Shown here piece by piece: positions 11,752-24,130 of a stretch of 64,000 nt of DNA. The translations under genes were made by a program, and so were the position numbers. Origin of the DNA: Bacillus subtilis subsp. subtilis str. 168. Lineage in GTDB: Bacteria > Bacillota > Bacilli > Bacillales > Bacillaceae. The stretch is from NCBI RefSeq assembly GCF_000009045.1, contig NC_000964.3:1612001-1676000 (forward strand), written 5' to 3'. The notes under the pieces are model-generated. The model was not told the DNA's origin. It was given only the letters and a program-made list of their open reading frames with translations, and searched no databases. Position 1 is the first letter of the stretch. Each line of letters opens with the position of its first letter.

Positions 11752-14700
11752 ACATTAACAAAATTTTAGTAATCGGATCTGGACCGATCATCATCGGCCA
11801 AGCAGCAGAATTTGACTATGCGGGAACACAAGCCTGTCTTGCTTTGAAAGAAGAAGGCTATGAAGTCATCCTTGTCAACTCAAACCCTGCAACGATCATG
11901 ACAGATACAGAAATGGCTGACCGGGTTTACATCGAACCGCTCACACCTGAATTCCTGACACGAATCATCAGAAAAGAGCGCCCGGATGCCATTCTTCCTA
12001 CACTCGGAGGCCAAACCGGTTTGAATCTTGCGGTTGAGCTTTCTGAAAGAGGCGTTTTGGCAGAATGCGGCGTCGAAGTGCTTGGCACGAAACTGTCTGC
12101 GATTCAGCAAGCTGAAGACCGTGACTTGTTCAGAACATTAATGAATGAACTGAATGAACCGGTGCCTGAAAGTGAGATTATCCACTCCCTTGAAGAAGCA
12201 GAAAAATTCGTCAGTCAAATTGGATTCCCTGTCATTGTCCGCCCGGCATATACATTAGGCGGAACAGGCGGAGGCATCTGCTCGAATGAAACAGAGCTAA
12301 AAGAAATCGTTGAGAACGGCTTGAAATTAAGCCCGGTACACCAATGTCTGCTTGAAAAAAGCATCGCCGGCTATAAAGAAATCGAGTATGAAGTCATGAG
12401 AGACAGCCAGGATCACGCCATTGTCGTTTGTAACATGGAAAACATTGATCCAGTTGGAATCCATACTGGAGACAGTATTGTTGTCGCGCCGAGCCAAACG
12501 CTCAGCGATCGCGAATATCAGCTCTTGCGGAATGTATCGTTAAAACTGATTCGCGCGCTTGGGATCGAAGGCGGATGTAATGTCCAGCTCGCCTTAGATC
12601 CAGACAGCTTCCAATATTACATTATTGAAGTAAATCCGCGTGTCAGCCGTTCATCTGCCCTTGCATCAAAAGCAACGGGGTACCCGATTGCAAAGCTCGC
12701 TGCTAAAATTGCAGTCGGACTTTCATTAGATGAAATGATGAACCCGGTGACAGGAAAAACATATGCAGCATTTGAACCTGCTCTTGACTATGTCGTATCC
12801 AAAATTCCGCGCTGGCCGTTTGATAAGTTTGAATCAGCAAACAGAAAGCTTGGCACGCAAATGAAAGCGACAGGTGAGGTCATGGCAATCGGCCGCACGC
12901 TTGAAGAGTCATTGCTGAAGGCAGTGCGATCACTGGAAGCGGATGTGTATCATCTTGAATTGAAGGACGCCGCTGACATTTCAGATGAGCTTCTTGAAAA
13001 GCGAATTAAAAAGGCCGGTGATGAACGCTTATTCTACTTAGCTGAAGCGTACAGAAGAGGCTACACGGTAGAAGACCTCCATGAATTTTCCGCTATCGAT
13101 GTCTTCTTCTTGCATAAGCTGTTCGGAATCGTACAGTTTGAAAAAGAATTGAAGGCCAATGCGGGCGATACAGATGTGCTGAGACGGGCAAAAGAACTCG
13201 GCTTCTCTGATCAGTACATCAGCCGTGAATGGAAAATGAAAGAATCTGAGCTTTACAGCTTGAGAAAACAAGCGGGGATTGCGCCGGTATTCAAAATGGT
13301 AGATACATGCGCGGCGGAATTTGAGTCAGAAACGCCATACTTCTATAGCACATATGAAGAAGAAAATGAATCTGTCGTTACAGATAAGAAAAGTGTGATG
13401 GTGCTTGGTTCGGGTCCGATTCGAATCGGTCAGGGTGTCGAGTTCGACTATGCGACGGTTCACTCTGTATGGGCAATTAAACAAGCAGGCTATGAAGCCA
13501 TTATTGTCAACAACAACCCGGAAACCGTTTCAACAGACTTCAGCATCTCAGACAAGCTGTATTTTGAACCGCTTACGATTGAAGATGTCATGCACATCAT
13601 TGACCTCGAACAGCCAATGGGCGTTGTCGTACAATTTGGCGGACAAACTGCGATTAACCTTGCTGACGAGCTTTCTGCACGCGGAGTGAAAATCCTTGGA
13701 ACTTCATTAGAAGATTTAGACCGTGCCGAAGACCGGGATAAATTTGAACAAGCGCTTGGAGAACTTGGTGTTCCTCAGCCGCTTGGCAAAACAGCGACAT
13801 CAGTTAATCAGGCGGTAAGCATCGCAAGTGATATCGGTTATCCGGTACTGGTACGCCCTTCCTATGTACTTGGCGGCCGGGCGATGGAGATTGTTTACCA
13901 TGAAGAGGAACTGCTTCATTACATGAAAAATGCAGTCAAAATCAATCCACAGCACCCTGTATTAATTGATAGATACTTGACCGGAAAAGAAATTGAAGTC
14001 GATGCAGTATCCGACGGTGAAACAGTCGTCATTCCGGGAATTATGGAGCACATTGAACGTGCGGGCGTTCACTCCGGAGACTCAATCGCTGTTTATCCGC
14101 CTCAGTCTCTCACAGAGGACATTAAGAAAAAAATTGAACAATACACGATCGCATTGGCTAAAGGGCTGAATATTGTCGGTTTGCTCAATATTCAATTCGT
14201 CTTGTCGCAAGGCGAGGTGTACGTGCTAGAAGTGAATCCGAGATCAAGCAGAACCGTACCGTTTTTAAGCAAAATTACGGGTATCCCAATGGCGAATCTC
14301 GCAACAAAAATCATTCTTGGTCAAAAGCTGGCTGCGTTTGGCTATACAGAGGGCCTTCAGCCTGAACAGCAAGGTGTATTTGTAAAAGCGCCGGTCTTCT
14401 CCTTTGCCAAGCTGAGAAGAGTGGATATTACGTTAGGGCCTGAAATGAAATCAACAGGTGAAGTCATGGGGAAAGATTCGACACTTGAAAAGGCGCTCTA
14501 CAAAGCCTTGATCGCTTCAGGTATTCAAATCCCGAACTACGGTTCCGTGCTTTTAACAGTAGCTGATAAGGACAAAGAAGAAGGGCTTGCCATTGCTAAG
14601 CGGTTCCACGCGATCGGCTACAACATTTTAGCGACGGAAGGAACGGCAGGCTACCTGAAAGAAGCTTCCATTCCAGCGAAGGTCGTCGGAAAAATCGGTC

Positions 14701-14947
14701 AGGATGGCCCGAACTTGCTTGATGTCATCAGAAACGGAGAAGCGCAGTTTGTCATCAATACGCTGACAAAAGGAAAGCAGCCGGCAAGAGACGGTTTTAG
14801 AATCAGACGTGAATCAGTAGAAAATGGTGTTGCCTGCCTAACATCTTTAGATACGGCAGAGGCGATATTGCGAGTGCTGGAAAGCATGACATTCCGTGCT
14901 GATCAAATGCCGGCAGTCAACACAAATCAGGAGGCGGCAGTCACTAT

Positions 14948-14951
<4 letters not shown>
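11736..14951 (+). CDS. pyrAB: Carbamoyl-phosphate synthase large subunit
   Basis: Duplicated ATP-grasp halves ([33 protein letters not shown] twice) and an MGS domain. Confidence 0.99.
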
Positions 14952-17337
<2,386 letters not shown>

Positions 17338-17341
<4 letters not shown>

Positions 17342-17970
17342 AACAAATCATCGCAAAACATCTATTAGACATCCAAGCTGTATTTTTACGCCCGAACGAG
17401 CCGTTCACATGGGCAAGCGGCATTTTATCACCGATCTACTGTGACAACCGCCTTACGCTATCTTTCCCAGAGGTCAGAAACGATGTTGCTTCAGGTATCA
17501 GCAAGCTTGTTAAAGAGCATTTTCCTGAAGCTGAAATGATTGCGGGAACAGCAACTGCCGGTATTCCTCATGCTGCTCTTGCGGCGGACCATTTGAATCT
17601 TCCGATGTGTTATGTGAGGAGCAAGCCGAAGGCGCACGGAAAAGGCAATCAGATTGAGGGAGCTGTGCAAGAAGGGCAAAAAACAGTCGTCATTGAAGAC
17701 TTAATTTCCACAGGAGGCAGCGTGCTTGAAGCTTGTGCAGCTTTACAAGCGGCCGGCTGTGAAGTGCTTGGTGTCGTCTCAATCTTTACGTACGGACTTC
17801 CTAAAGCGGAGGAAGCCTTCGCAAAGGCAGAACTGCCATACTACTCATTAACCGATTATGATACGCTCACAGAGGTCGCGCTTGAAAACGGAAATATTCA
17901 TTCAGATGATCTAAAAAAGCTGCAAACATGGAAACGAAATCCCGAGTCAAAAGATTGGTTTAAAAAATAA
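17338..17970 (+). CDS. pyrE: Orotate phosphoribosyltransferase (TTG start preferred, 210 aa; the upstream ATG at 17320 gives 216 aa)
   Basis: [14 protein letters not shown] and [12 protein letters not shown] motifs; SD GGGAGGG lies 9 nt before TTG 17338. Confidence 0.97.
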
Positions 17971-18019
17971 AAAATAAATTCAAATGATGTAAAGAGGCTT
18001 CAAAGCCTTGCTGTACTTG

Positions 18020-18047
18020 AAAACAGGCTGTGAGGCCTGTTTTTTTA
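18020..18047 (+). terminator. Terminator of the pyr operon
   Basis: AAACAGGC-tgtgag-GCCTGTTT followed by a T run. Confidence 0.9.
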
Positions 18048-18073
18048 TTAATCCTATAAAAAAAGTCGGGTTG
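18047..18073. promoter_or_regulatory. CymR-box-like operator
   Basis: Reverse complement CAACCCGACTTTTTTTATAGGATTAAT fits the recalled consensus AAWNCN2ANTWNAN3ATMGGAATTWW with 4 mismatches; overlaps the cysH -35. Confidence 0.7.
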
Positions 18074-18098
18074 ACTTATGTTAGAATTGTGCTAAAAT
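18071..18098 (+). promoter_or_regulatory. SigA promoter of the cysH operon
   Basis: TTGACT, 16 nt, TAAAAT with extended -10 TG. Confidence 0.8.
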
Positions 18099-18116
18099 TT
18101 ACTACAAATCTAAAAA

Positions 18117-18218
18117 CTTATCAAGAGCGGCTGAGGGACTGGACCTATGAAGCCCGGCAACCTGCATAGTTTGTAAGGTGCTACTTCCAGCAAAATGAAT
18201 TCCATTTTGAAAGATAAG
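18117..18218 (+). promoter_or_regulatory. SAM-I (S-box) riboswitch aptamer
   Basis: P1 CTTATC...GATAAG; AAGAG, GAGGGACTGG, GCAACC and GGTGCT core motifs. Confidence 0.95.
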
Positions 18219-18381
18219 GGCTGCATGCTGTTCCTGTCTTTCTTTCCGCCGGATTGAAAGTTTTTTATTTTAAGAGGTAAAAAGGCTATCTGTATATCAG
18301 CAGCCGCGAATCACATTACATGGGAAAAGACAACCGGCAGAAAGCTACTGTTTGTTTGTCTCCGAAAGGAGGAAAGAAGAA

Positions 18382-19083
18382 ATGTTAACGTATGATAATT
18401 GGGAAGAACCAACGATTACATTTCCGGAAGACGATCCTTATAAAGGAGCGCTGTCAGTTTTAAAATGGGCATACGGCCATTACGGCGATCAGCTTGTTTA
18501 TGCCTGCAGTTTCGGAATTGAGGGAATCGTTCTGATTGACTTAATTTATAAAGTGAAAAAAGACGCAGAGATTGTGTTTCTTGATACAGGACTTCATTTT
18601 AAAGAAACCTATGAAACAATTGAACGAGTGAAAGAGCGTTATCCGGGTCTTAATATCATCCTGAAAAAACCAGATCTCACCCTTGAGGAACAAGCCGAAG
18701 AACATGGTGACAAACTATGGGAAAGAGAGCCGAATCAGTGCTGCTATCTTAGAAAGGTCGTTCCTTTAAGAGAGGCGCTTTCAGGACATCCAGCCTGGCT
18801 TTCCGGCCTGCGCCGTGATCAAGGGCCAAGCCGTGCCAATACGAATTTCTTAAACAAAGATGAAAAATTCAAGTCAGTAAAAGTTTGCCCGCTTATCCAT
18901 TGGACTTGGAAAGACATTTGGAGATATACATCCCGGAATGAACTGGACTACAATCCGCTTCATGACCAAGGCTATCCAAGTATTGGCTGTGCGCCTTGCA
19001 CTTCTCCCGCTTTTACAGCAGAAGATTTGCGCTCAGGCAGATGGAATGGTATGGCGAAAACAGAATGCGGACTGCATGAATAA
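18382..19083 (+). CDS. cysH: (P)APS reductase CysH, 233 aa
   Basis: [25 protein letters not shown] and C-terminal ECGLH motifs; SD AAAGGAGG. Confidence 0.98.
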   Translation: MLTYDNWEEPTITFPEDDPYKGALSVLKWAYGHYGDQLVYACSFGIEGIVLIDLIYKVKKDAEIVFLDTGLHFKETYETIERVKERYPGLNIILKKPDLTLEEQAEEHGDKLWEREPNQCCYLRKVVPLREALSGHPAWLSGLRRDQGPSRANTNFLNKDEKFKSVKVCPLIHWTWKDIWRYTSRNELDYNPLHDQGYPSIGCAPCTSPAFTAEDLRSGRWNGMAKTECGLHE

Positions 19084-19094
19084 GGAGCTGCAAA

Positions 19095-20159
19095 ATGGAA
19101 TTAGCCGCTATTTTATTTAGCTTGTTTTTCGCGATGAATATTGGTGCAAGCGGCGCTGCAGCTTCGATGGGGGTTGCTTACGGCTCCGGAGCCATCAAAA
19201 AGAAAACTTACGCTTTGATCCTATGCGCAGTCGGTGTCTTTGCCGGGGCGGTCATTGGCGGAGGCGAGGTTGTAAAAACAATCAGCTCCGGCATTATTCC
19301 TGAGCAGACGATTACACTGACGATTGTTTGCATCATTATTGGAGCTGCTGCCCTGTCGCTCTTTACTGCTAATCTGCTCGGCATTCCTTTGTCGACAAGT
19401 GAAGTAACAGTCGGCGCGGTTGTCGGCGTGGGAGTGGCTTATAAAGTATTGTTTGTGAACAATCTTCTGATCATTGTGTCATTTTGGGTTTTTGTCCCGC
19501 TGTTCGCTTTCGGCTTCACCTATTTCGTATCTAAGCTGTTTCGTTATTTTAAGATTGAAGTAAAATCTTCTAAAAAGCAAAAAATCCTCGGCATTGTTTT
19601 GTTAGTTGCCGGATTTTTCGAAGCATTCTCTGCCGGCATGAATAACGTGGCGAATGCTGTTGGCCCGTTAGTAGCTGCCGGTGTGCTTGATGTCGGAAAA
19701 GGAACCTTGTATGGAGGAGCTTTTGTTGCTCTTGGCGCACTGTTATTAGGCCGGCGAGTGCTAGAAACAAACGGGAAGAAAATTACGAGGTTCTCCAAAG
19801 GGGAAGGCATTCTCTTATCCGGTACAGGAGCGGGACTGGTGATCATCAGTTCTGTATTTGGGATGCCGGTGCCCTTGGCGCAAGTCACGTCATCGTCTAT
19901 TATCGGAATAGGCATGGCGAAAAACGGTCCGAACGTGTTCCATAAACAAGTTGTTCAAACGATGCTGAAGGTATGGATCGTATCGCCGTTTTTATCTTTA
20001 TCGATTTCTTATCTGCTTGTATCCTTGTTTTTAAAAGCAGATTATTATTCGATCTTTATCATGGTAAGTGTGCTTTTAGCGGCGGGCGGTGCCATCAGCC
20101 TGACAAAGGCCATTCGTAAAGAGAGACGCTCAGTCCACGAACAAGGCGGGGGAATCTGA
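19095..20159 (+). CDS. cysP: Sulfate permease CysP (PiT family)
   Basis: Duplicated PiT signatures (NIGASGAAASMG, GMNNVANAVG, PLSTS/PVPLAQ); multiple TM helices; sits in the cys operon. Confidence 0.95.
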   Translation: MELAAILFSLFFAMNIGASGAAASMGVAYGSGAIKKKTYALILCAVGVFAGAVIGGGEVVKTISSGIIPEQTITLTIVCIIIGAAALSLFTANLLGIPLSTSEVTVGAVVGVGVAYKVLFVNNLLIIVSFWVFVPLFAFGFTYFVSKLFRYFKIEVKSSKKQKILGIVLLVAGFFEAFSAGMNNVANAVGPLVAAGVLDVGKGTLYGGAFVALGALLLGRRVLETNGKKITRFSKGEGILLSGTGAGLVIISSVFGMPVPLAQVTSSSIIGIGMAKNGPNVFHKQVVQTMLKVWIVSPFLSLSISYLLVSLFLKADYYSIFIMVSVLLAAGGAISLTKAIRKERRSVHEQGGGI

Positions 20160-20207
20160 TCATTAATCTGAGTAATTTTATAAGTTAACTAGGAGGAGAT
20201 GGATATT

Positions 20208-21356
20208 ATGAGCTTAGCACCACACGGAGGAACATTAGTAAACAGAGTAGATGAATCATATGATGTGAGCGGCATTCAAAAAGAAATTGAACTTGATTTA
20301 ATTTCTTTCGCGGATTTGGAATTGATCGGTATCGGTGCATACAGCCCGATTGAAGGTTTCTTTAATGAAAAAGATTACGTATCAGTGGTCGAAAACATGC
20401 GTCTTTCTTCCGGCGTTGTCTGGTCTCTTCCAATCACGCTTCCGGTCGATGCGCAAAAAGCAGCGGAACTGTCACTTGGTGAAACGGTAAAGTTAACGTA
20501 TGAAGGAGAAACTTACGGCGTTATCCAAATCGAAGACCTGTACGTGCCTGACAAACAAAAAGAAGCTGTCAATGTGTACAAAACAGATGAACAGGAGCAT
20601 CCTGGTGTTAAAAAGCTGTTCAGCCGCGGCAATACATATGTCGGCGGACCGATTACGTTGATTAAAAAAGCTTCAAAACAGTTCCCTGAATTTACATTTG
20701 AACCGTCAGAAACGAGACGCCAGTTTGCGGAAAAAGGCTGGGAAACCATTGTCGGTTTCCAAACAAGAAACCCTGTTCACAGAGCGCATGAATACATTCA
20801 AAAAACGGCTCTTGAAACAGTAGACGGCTTGTTCTTGAATCCGTTAGTAGGTGAAACAAAATCTGATGACATTCCAGCTGATGTACGGATGGAAAGCTAC
20901 CAAGTGCTTCTTGATCATTATTACCCGAAAGATCGTGTTTTCCTTGGTGTCTTTTTAGCGGCGATGCGTTATGCAGGCCCGAGAGAAGCAATTTTCCACG
21001 CGCTTGTCAGAAAGAACTACGGCTGCACACATTTCATCGTCGGCCGTGATCATGCAGGTGTAGGCGACTATTACGGAACATACGAAGCACAGGAACTGTT
21101 TGACACATTTAAACCTGAAGAACTCGGAATTACACCGCTGAAATTTGAGCACAGCTTCTTCTGTAAAAAATGCGGAAATATGGGAACAGCAAAAACTTGC
21201 CCTCATGGCAGAGAGCATCACGTCATTTTATCAGGCACTAAGGTAAGAGGTATGCTGAGAGACGGTGTGCTGCCGCCTGCTGAATTCAGTCGAAAAGAAG
21301 TAGTAGAAGTGTTAATCAAAGGGATGAAGAAAAAAGAAGAAGTAGGCGTATCTTAA
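20208..21356 (+). CDS. sat: Sulfate adenylyltransferase (ATP sulfurylase), 382 aa
   Basis: [11 protein letters not shown] and VGRDHAG motifs; ATG 20208 follows SD GGAGGAG. Confidence 0.98.
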   Translation: MSLAPHGGTLVNRVDESYDVSGIQKEIELDLISFADLELIGIGAYSPIEGFFNEKDYVSVVENMRLSSGVVWSLPITLPVDAQKAAELSLGETVKLTYEGETYGVIQIEDLYVPDKQKEAVNVYKTDEQEHPGVKKLFSRGNTYVGGPITLIKKASKQFPEFTFEPSETRRQFAEKGWETIVGFQTRNPVHRAHEYIQKTALETVDGLFLNPLVGETKSDDIPADVRMESYQVLLDHYYPKDRVFLGVFLAAMRYAGPREAIFHALVRKNYGCTHFIVGRDHAGVGDYYGTYEAQELFDTFKPEELGITPLKFEHSFFCKKCGNMGTAKTCPHGREHHVILSGTKVRGMLRDGVLPPAEFSRKEVVEVLIKGMKKKEEVGVS

Positions 21357-21368
21357 GGAGGACTGGCA

Positions 21369-21962
21369 GTGACAAATCGCGATATTGTATGGCATGAAGC
21401 CTCTATCACAAAAGAAGAGTATCAGCAAAAAAACAAGCATAAAAGCTCCATTCTCTGGCTGACAGGGTTAAGCGGCTCAGGCAAATCAACCATTGCCAAC
21501 GCCGCTGCGAGAGAATTGTTTGAGCAAGGCTACCAAGTCATTGTGCTGGACGGGGATAATATCCGTCACGGCCTAAATAGGGATCTTGGTTTTTCTGATG
21601 AAGACCGAAAAGAAAACATCCGCCGGATCGGAGAGGTGGCGAAGCTTTTTGTTCAGCAGGGAACCATTGTGATTACTGCTTTTATCTCTCCTTTCCGCGA
21701 GGACAGACAACAGGTTCGCGAGCTTGTGGAAGCGGGCGAATTTAATGAAGTCTACATTAAATGCGACCTTGATATTTGTGAACAAAGAGATCCGAAAGGG
21801 CTTTACAAAAAAGCAAGAAACGGCGAGATTCCGTTCTTTACAGGAATTGATTCTCCTTATGAAGAACCGGAAGCTCCAGAGCTCGTTCTTGATTCAGGAC
21901 AGCATGACCGTGAAGCGTGTAAAAATCAGCTGATCGAGTTTGTTAAACAAAAATTGAGCTGA
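21369..21962 (+). CDS. cysC: Adenylyl-sulfate kinase
   Basis: GTG start; GLSGSGKST, LDGDNIR and DPKGLYKKA motifs. Confidence 0.98.
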   Translation: MTNRDIVWHEASITKEEYQQKNKHKSSILWLTGLSGSGKSTIANAAARELFEQGYQVIVLDGDNIRHGLNRDLGFSDEDRKENIRRIGEVAKLFVQQGTIVITAFISPFREDRQQVRELVEAGEFNEVYIKCDLDICEQRDPKGLYKKARNGEIPFFTGIDSPYEEPEAPELVLDSGQHDREACKNQLIEFVKQKLS

Positions 21963-22060
21963 ATATGATCTGCTGCGTTCTTCTCAGATGCCGGAATGCA
22001 AGCGAGAACATCATCACAGCGAATCTTCTGGAAGAACTCGAATAGATCGGGGGAAATACG

Positions 22061-22834
22061 ATGGGGAAAGTATATATTGTAGGAGCGGGTCCCGGTGACC
22101 CTGATCTGCTGACAATTAAAGCGCTGAAAGCCATTGAAAAAGCTGATGTCATCTTATATGACAGATTAGTAAATAAAGAGATTTTACAATATGCCAAAGA
22201 GCAAGCAGACCTGATCTACTGCGGGAAGCTTCCGGATTTTCATACGATGAAGCAGGAAACCATCAATCGATTTCTTGTGAAGTATGCGCAAAAAGGGAAA
22301 ATGGTTGTCAGACTGAAAGGCGGAGACCCTTTTGTGTTCGGGAGAGGAGGGGAAGAAGCGGAATGCCTCTCTGAAAATGGAATTCCGTTTGAAATCATTC
22401 CCGGCATTACGTCTGGAATCGCGGCAGCCGCTTATGCCGGGATTCCTGTTACCCATCGGGATGCGGGCTCTAACGTCGCTTTTGTAACGGGTCACTATAA
22501 AAAAGAAGAAGATTTTGAGGAAAAGTGGAAAGCGCTGGCTACAGGAATTGATACACTTGTCATCTATATGGGTATCAAAAACGTGCAGCAGATTGAAAGA
22601 AAACTCCTTGAAAATGGCCGGGACGGTTCTACGCCAGCAGCCTTTATTCATTGGGGGACAACGGACAAGCAAAAATCTGTTTTTTGTACAGTTGACACCC
22701 TTTCAGAAACGGTGATAAAAGAAAACATTACAAATCCGAGTTTAATTGTCATTGGAAATGTTGTAAATTATCACTATAAGCTGGAATGGTTTGAATCTGA
22801 ACTAAAAAAACAAGATTTAAGCGAGGCGTTGTAA
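22061..22834 (+). CDS. sumT: Uroporphyrinogen-III C-methyltransferase (YlnD)
   Basis: VGAGPGDPDLLT and RLKGGDPFVFGRGGEE motifs. Confidence 0.96.
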   Translation: MGKVYIVGAGPGDPDLLTIKALKAIEKADVILYDRLVNKEILQYAKEQADLIYCGKLPDFHTMKQETINRFLVKYAQKGKMVVRLKGGDPFVFGRGGEEAECLSENGIPFEIIPGITSGIAAAAYAGIPVTHRDAGSNVAFVTGHYKKEEDFEEKWKALATGIDTLVIYMGIKNVQQIERKLLENGRDGSTPAAFIHWGTTDKQKSVFCTVDTLSETVIKENITNPSLIVIGNVVNYHYKLEWFESELKKQDLSEAL

Positions 22835-22836
22835 AA

Positions 22837-23622
22837 ATGAAACAAGCAATTTTATATGTCGGCCACGGCAGCCGGGTCAAAAAAGCGCAGCAAGAAGCCG
22901 CAGCCTTTTTGGAAGGATGCAAGGCCCACATCTCTGTGCCAGTACAAGAAATCAGCTTTTTAGAGCTTCAGGAGCCGACAATTGAGACAGGATTTGAAGC
23001 ATGTGTGAAGCAAGGTGCCACTCATATCGCAGTGGTGCCTCTGCTTCTTTTAACAGCTGCGCATGCAAAACATGATATTCCGGAAGAAATTGTCCGTGTT
23101 GCATCTCGATATCCATCAGTCCGTATTTCATACGGAAAGCCGATCGGGATTGACGAAGAAGTAGTCAAGGCTGTATATCACCGAATGAAAGACATAGGTG
23201 TTCCGTATGAAAATGCCAGAGTGGTGCTCATCGGAAGGGGAAGTTCAGATCCAGACGTCAAAAGAGACGTAACCGGAATTGCTAATCTTCTTCAGGAAAT
23301 GGTTCCAGTGAAGGAAGTCATTCCGTGCTTTTTGACAGCATGCGGCCCTAATTACAAAGAGGTTTTTTCAGAACTTGAAAAAGATGACGGCATAACAACC
23401 TTTATCGTTCCATATTTGCTTTTTACGGGTATGCTGATGAATGAAATCGAACGAGAGGTTCAGAAATTAAAAGCCCATAATCCGAACGTCTACCTCTCTT
23501 CCTATATCGGTTTTCATCCTCATGTGAAAAACGCATTTTTGAACCGTGTGAGAGAAACTGCGGCAAATTCTGAGGGACAATTTGATTTTGATGGAGGTTC
23601 ATATGCTTCCGCTGCACATTAG
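22837..23622 (+). CDS. sirB: Sirohydrochlorin ferrochelatase (CbiX-like, YlnE)
   Basis: GHGSR, SFLELQEP, AAHAKHDIP; two CbiX-like halves. Confidence 0.94.
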   Translation: MKQAILYVGHGSRVKKAQQEAAAFLEGCKAHISVPVQEISFLELQEPTIETGFEACVKQGATHIAVVPLLLLTAAHAKHDIPEEIVRVASRYPSVRISYGKPIGIDEEVVKAVYHRMKDIGVPYENARVVLIGRGSSDPDVKRDVTGIANLLQEMVPVKEVIPCFLTACGPNYKEVFSELEKDDGITTFIVPYLLFTGMLMNEIEREVQKLKAHNPNVYLSSYIGFHPHVKNAFLNRVRETAANSEGQFDFDGGSYASAAH

Positions 23623-24091
23623 CCTGGAAAAGAAGAAGGTTGTGATTGCGGGGGGCGGAAGCATCGCTCTCAGAAGGCTGAAAACGGTGATTTCTGAGGG
23701 AGCTGATATAACGCTTGTCAGTCCGGATGTGGAACCGGAAATCAAGCAAATGGCAGAAGAGCGGCGTATCAAATGGGAAAAACGGACAATTGAAAAAGAA
23801 GATTATCTCAATGCTTTCTTCATTATTGCTGCGACGGATAATGCGGCAGTGAACAAAGAAATTGCCCAATCCGCTTCGCCTTTTCAGCTTGTCAATTGTG
23901 TCAGTGACGCTGAGCTTGGCAATGTATATATGCCGAAAATCGTAAAAAGAGGGCATGTCACTGTGTCTGTTTCTACAAGCGGAGCCAGTCCAAAGCACAC
24001 GAAAGAGCTTGCTGAAAACGTGGATAAGCTGATTGACGGCGATTTTGTTGCTGAAGTGAACAGGCTTTATCAGATGAGAAGAAAGAAATAA
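23603..24091 (+). CDS. sirC: Precorrin-2 dehydrogenase (YlnF), 162 aa
   Basis: VVIAGGGSIA Rossmann motif, AATD and VSTSGASP; ATG 23603 follows SD GGAGG. Confidence 0.94.
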   Translation: MLPLHISLEKKKVVIAGGGSIALRRLKTVISEGADITLVSPDVEPEIKQMAEERRIKWEKRTIEKEDYLNAFFIIAATDNAAVNKEIAQSASPFQLVNCVSDAELGNVYMPKIVKRGHVTVSVSTSGASPKHTKELAENVDKLIDGDFVAEVNRLYQMRRKK

Positions 24092-24123
24092 GCCAGAGCA
24101 TACAAATGCTCTGGCTTTTCTTT
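24090..24123. terminator. Bidirectional terminator between convergent sirC and rqcH
   Basis: Perfect 12-bp stem AAGCCAGAGCAT-acaa-ATGCTCTGGCTT, A-rich on the left and T-rich on the right. Confidence 0.92.
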
Positions 24124-24130
24124 ATGCGGC

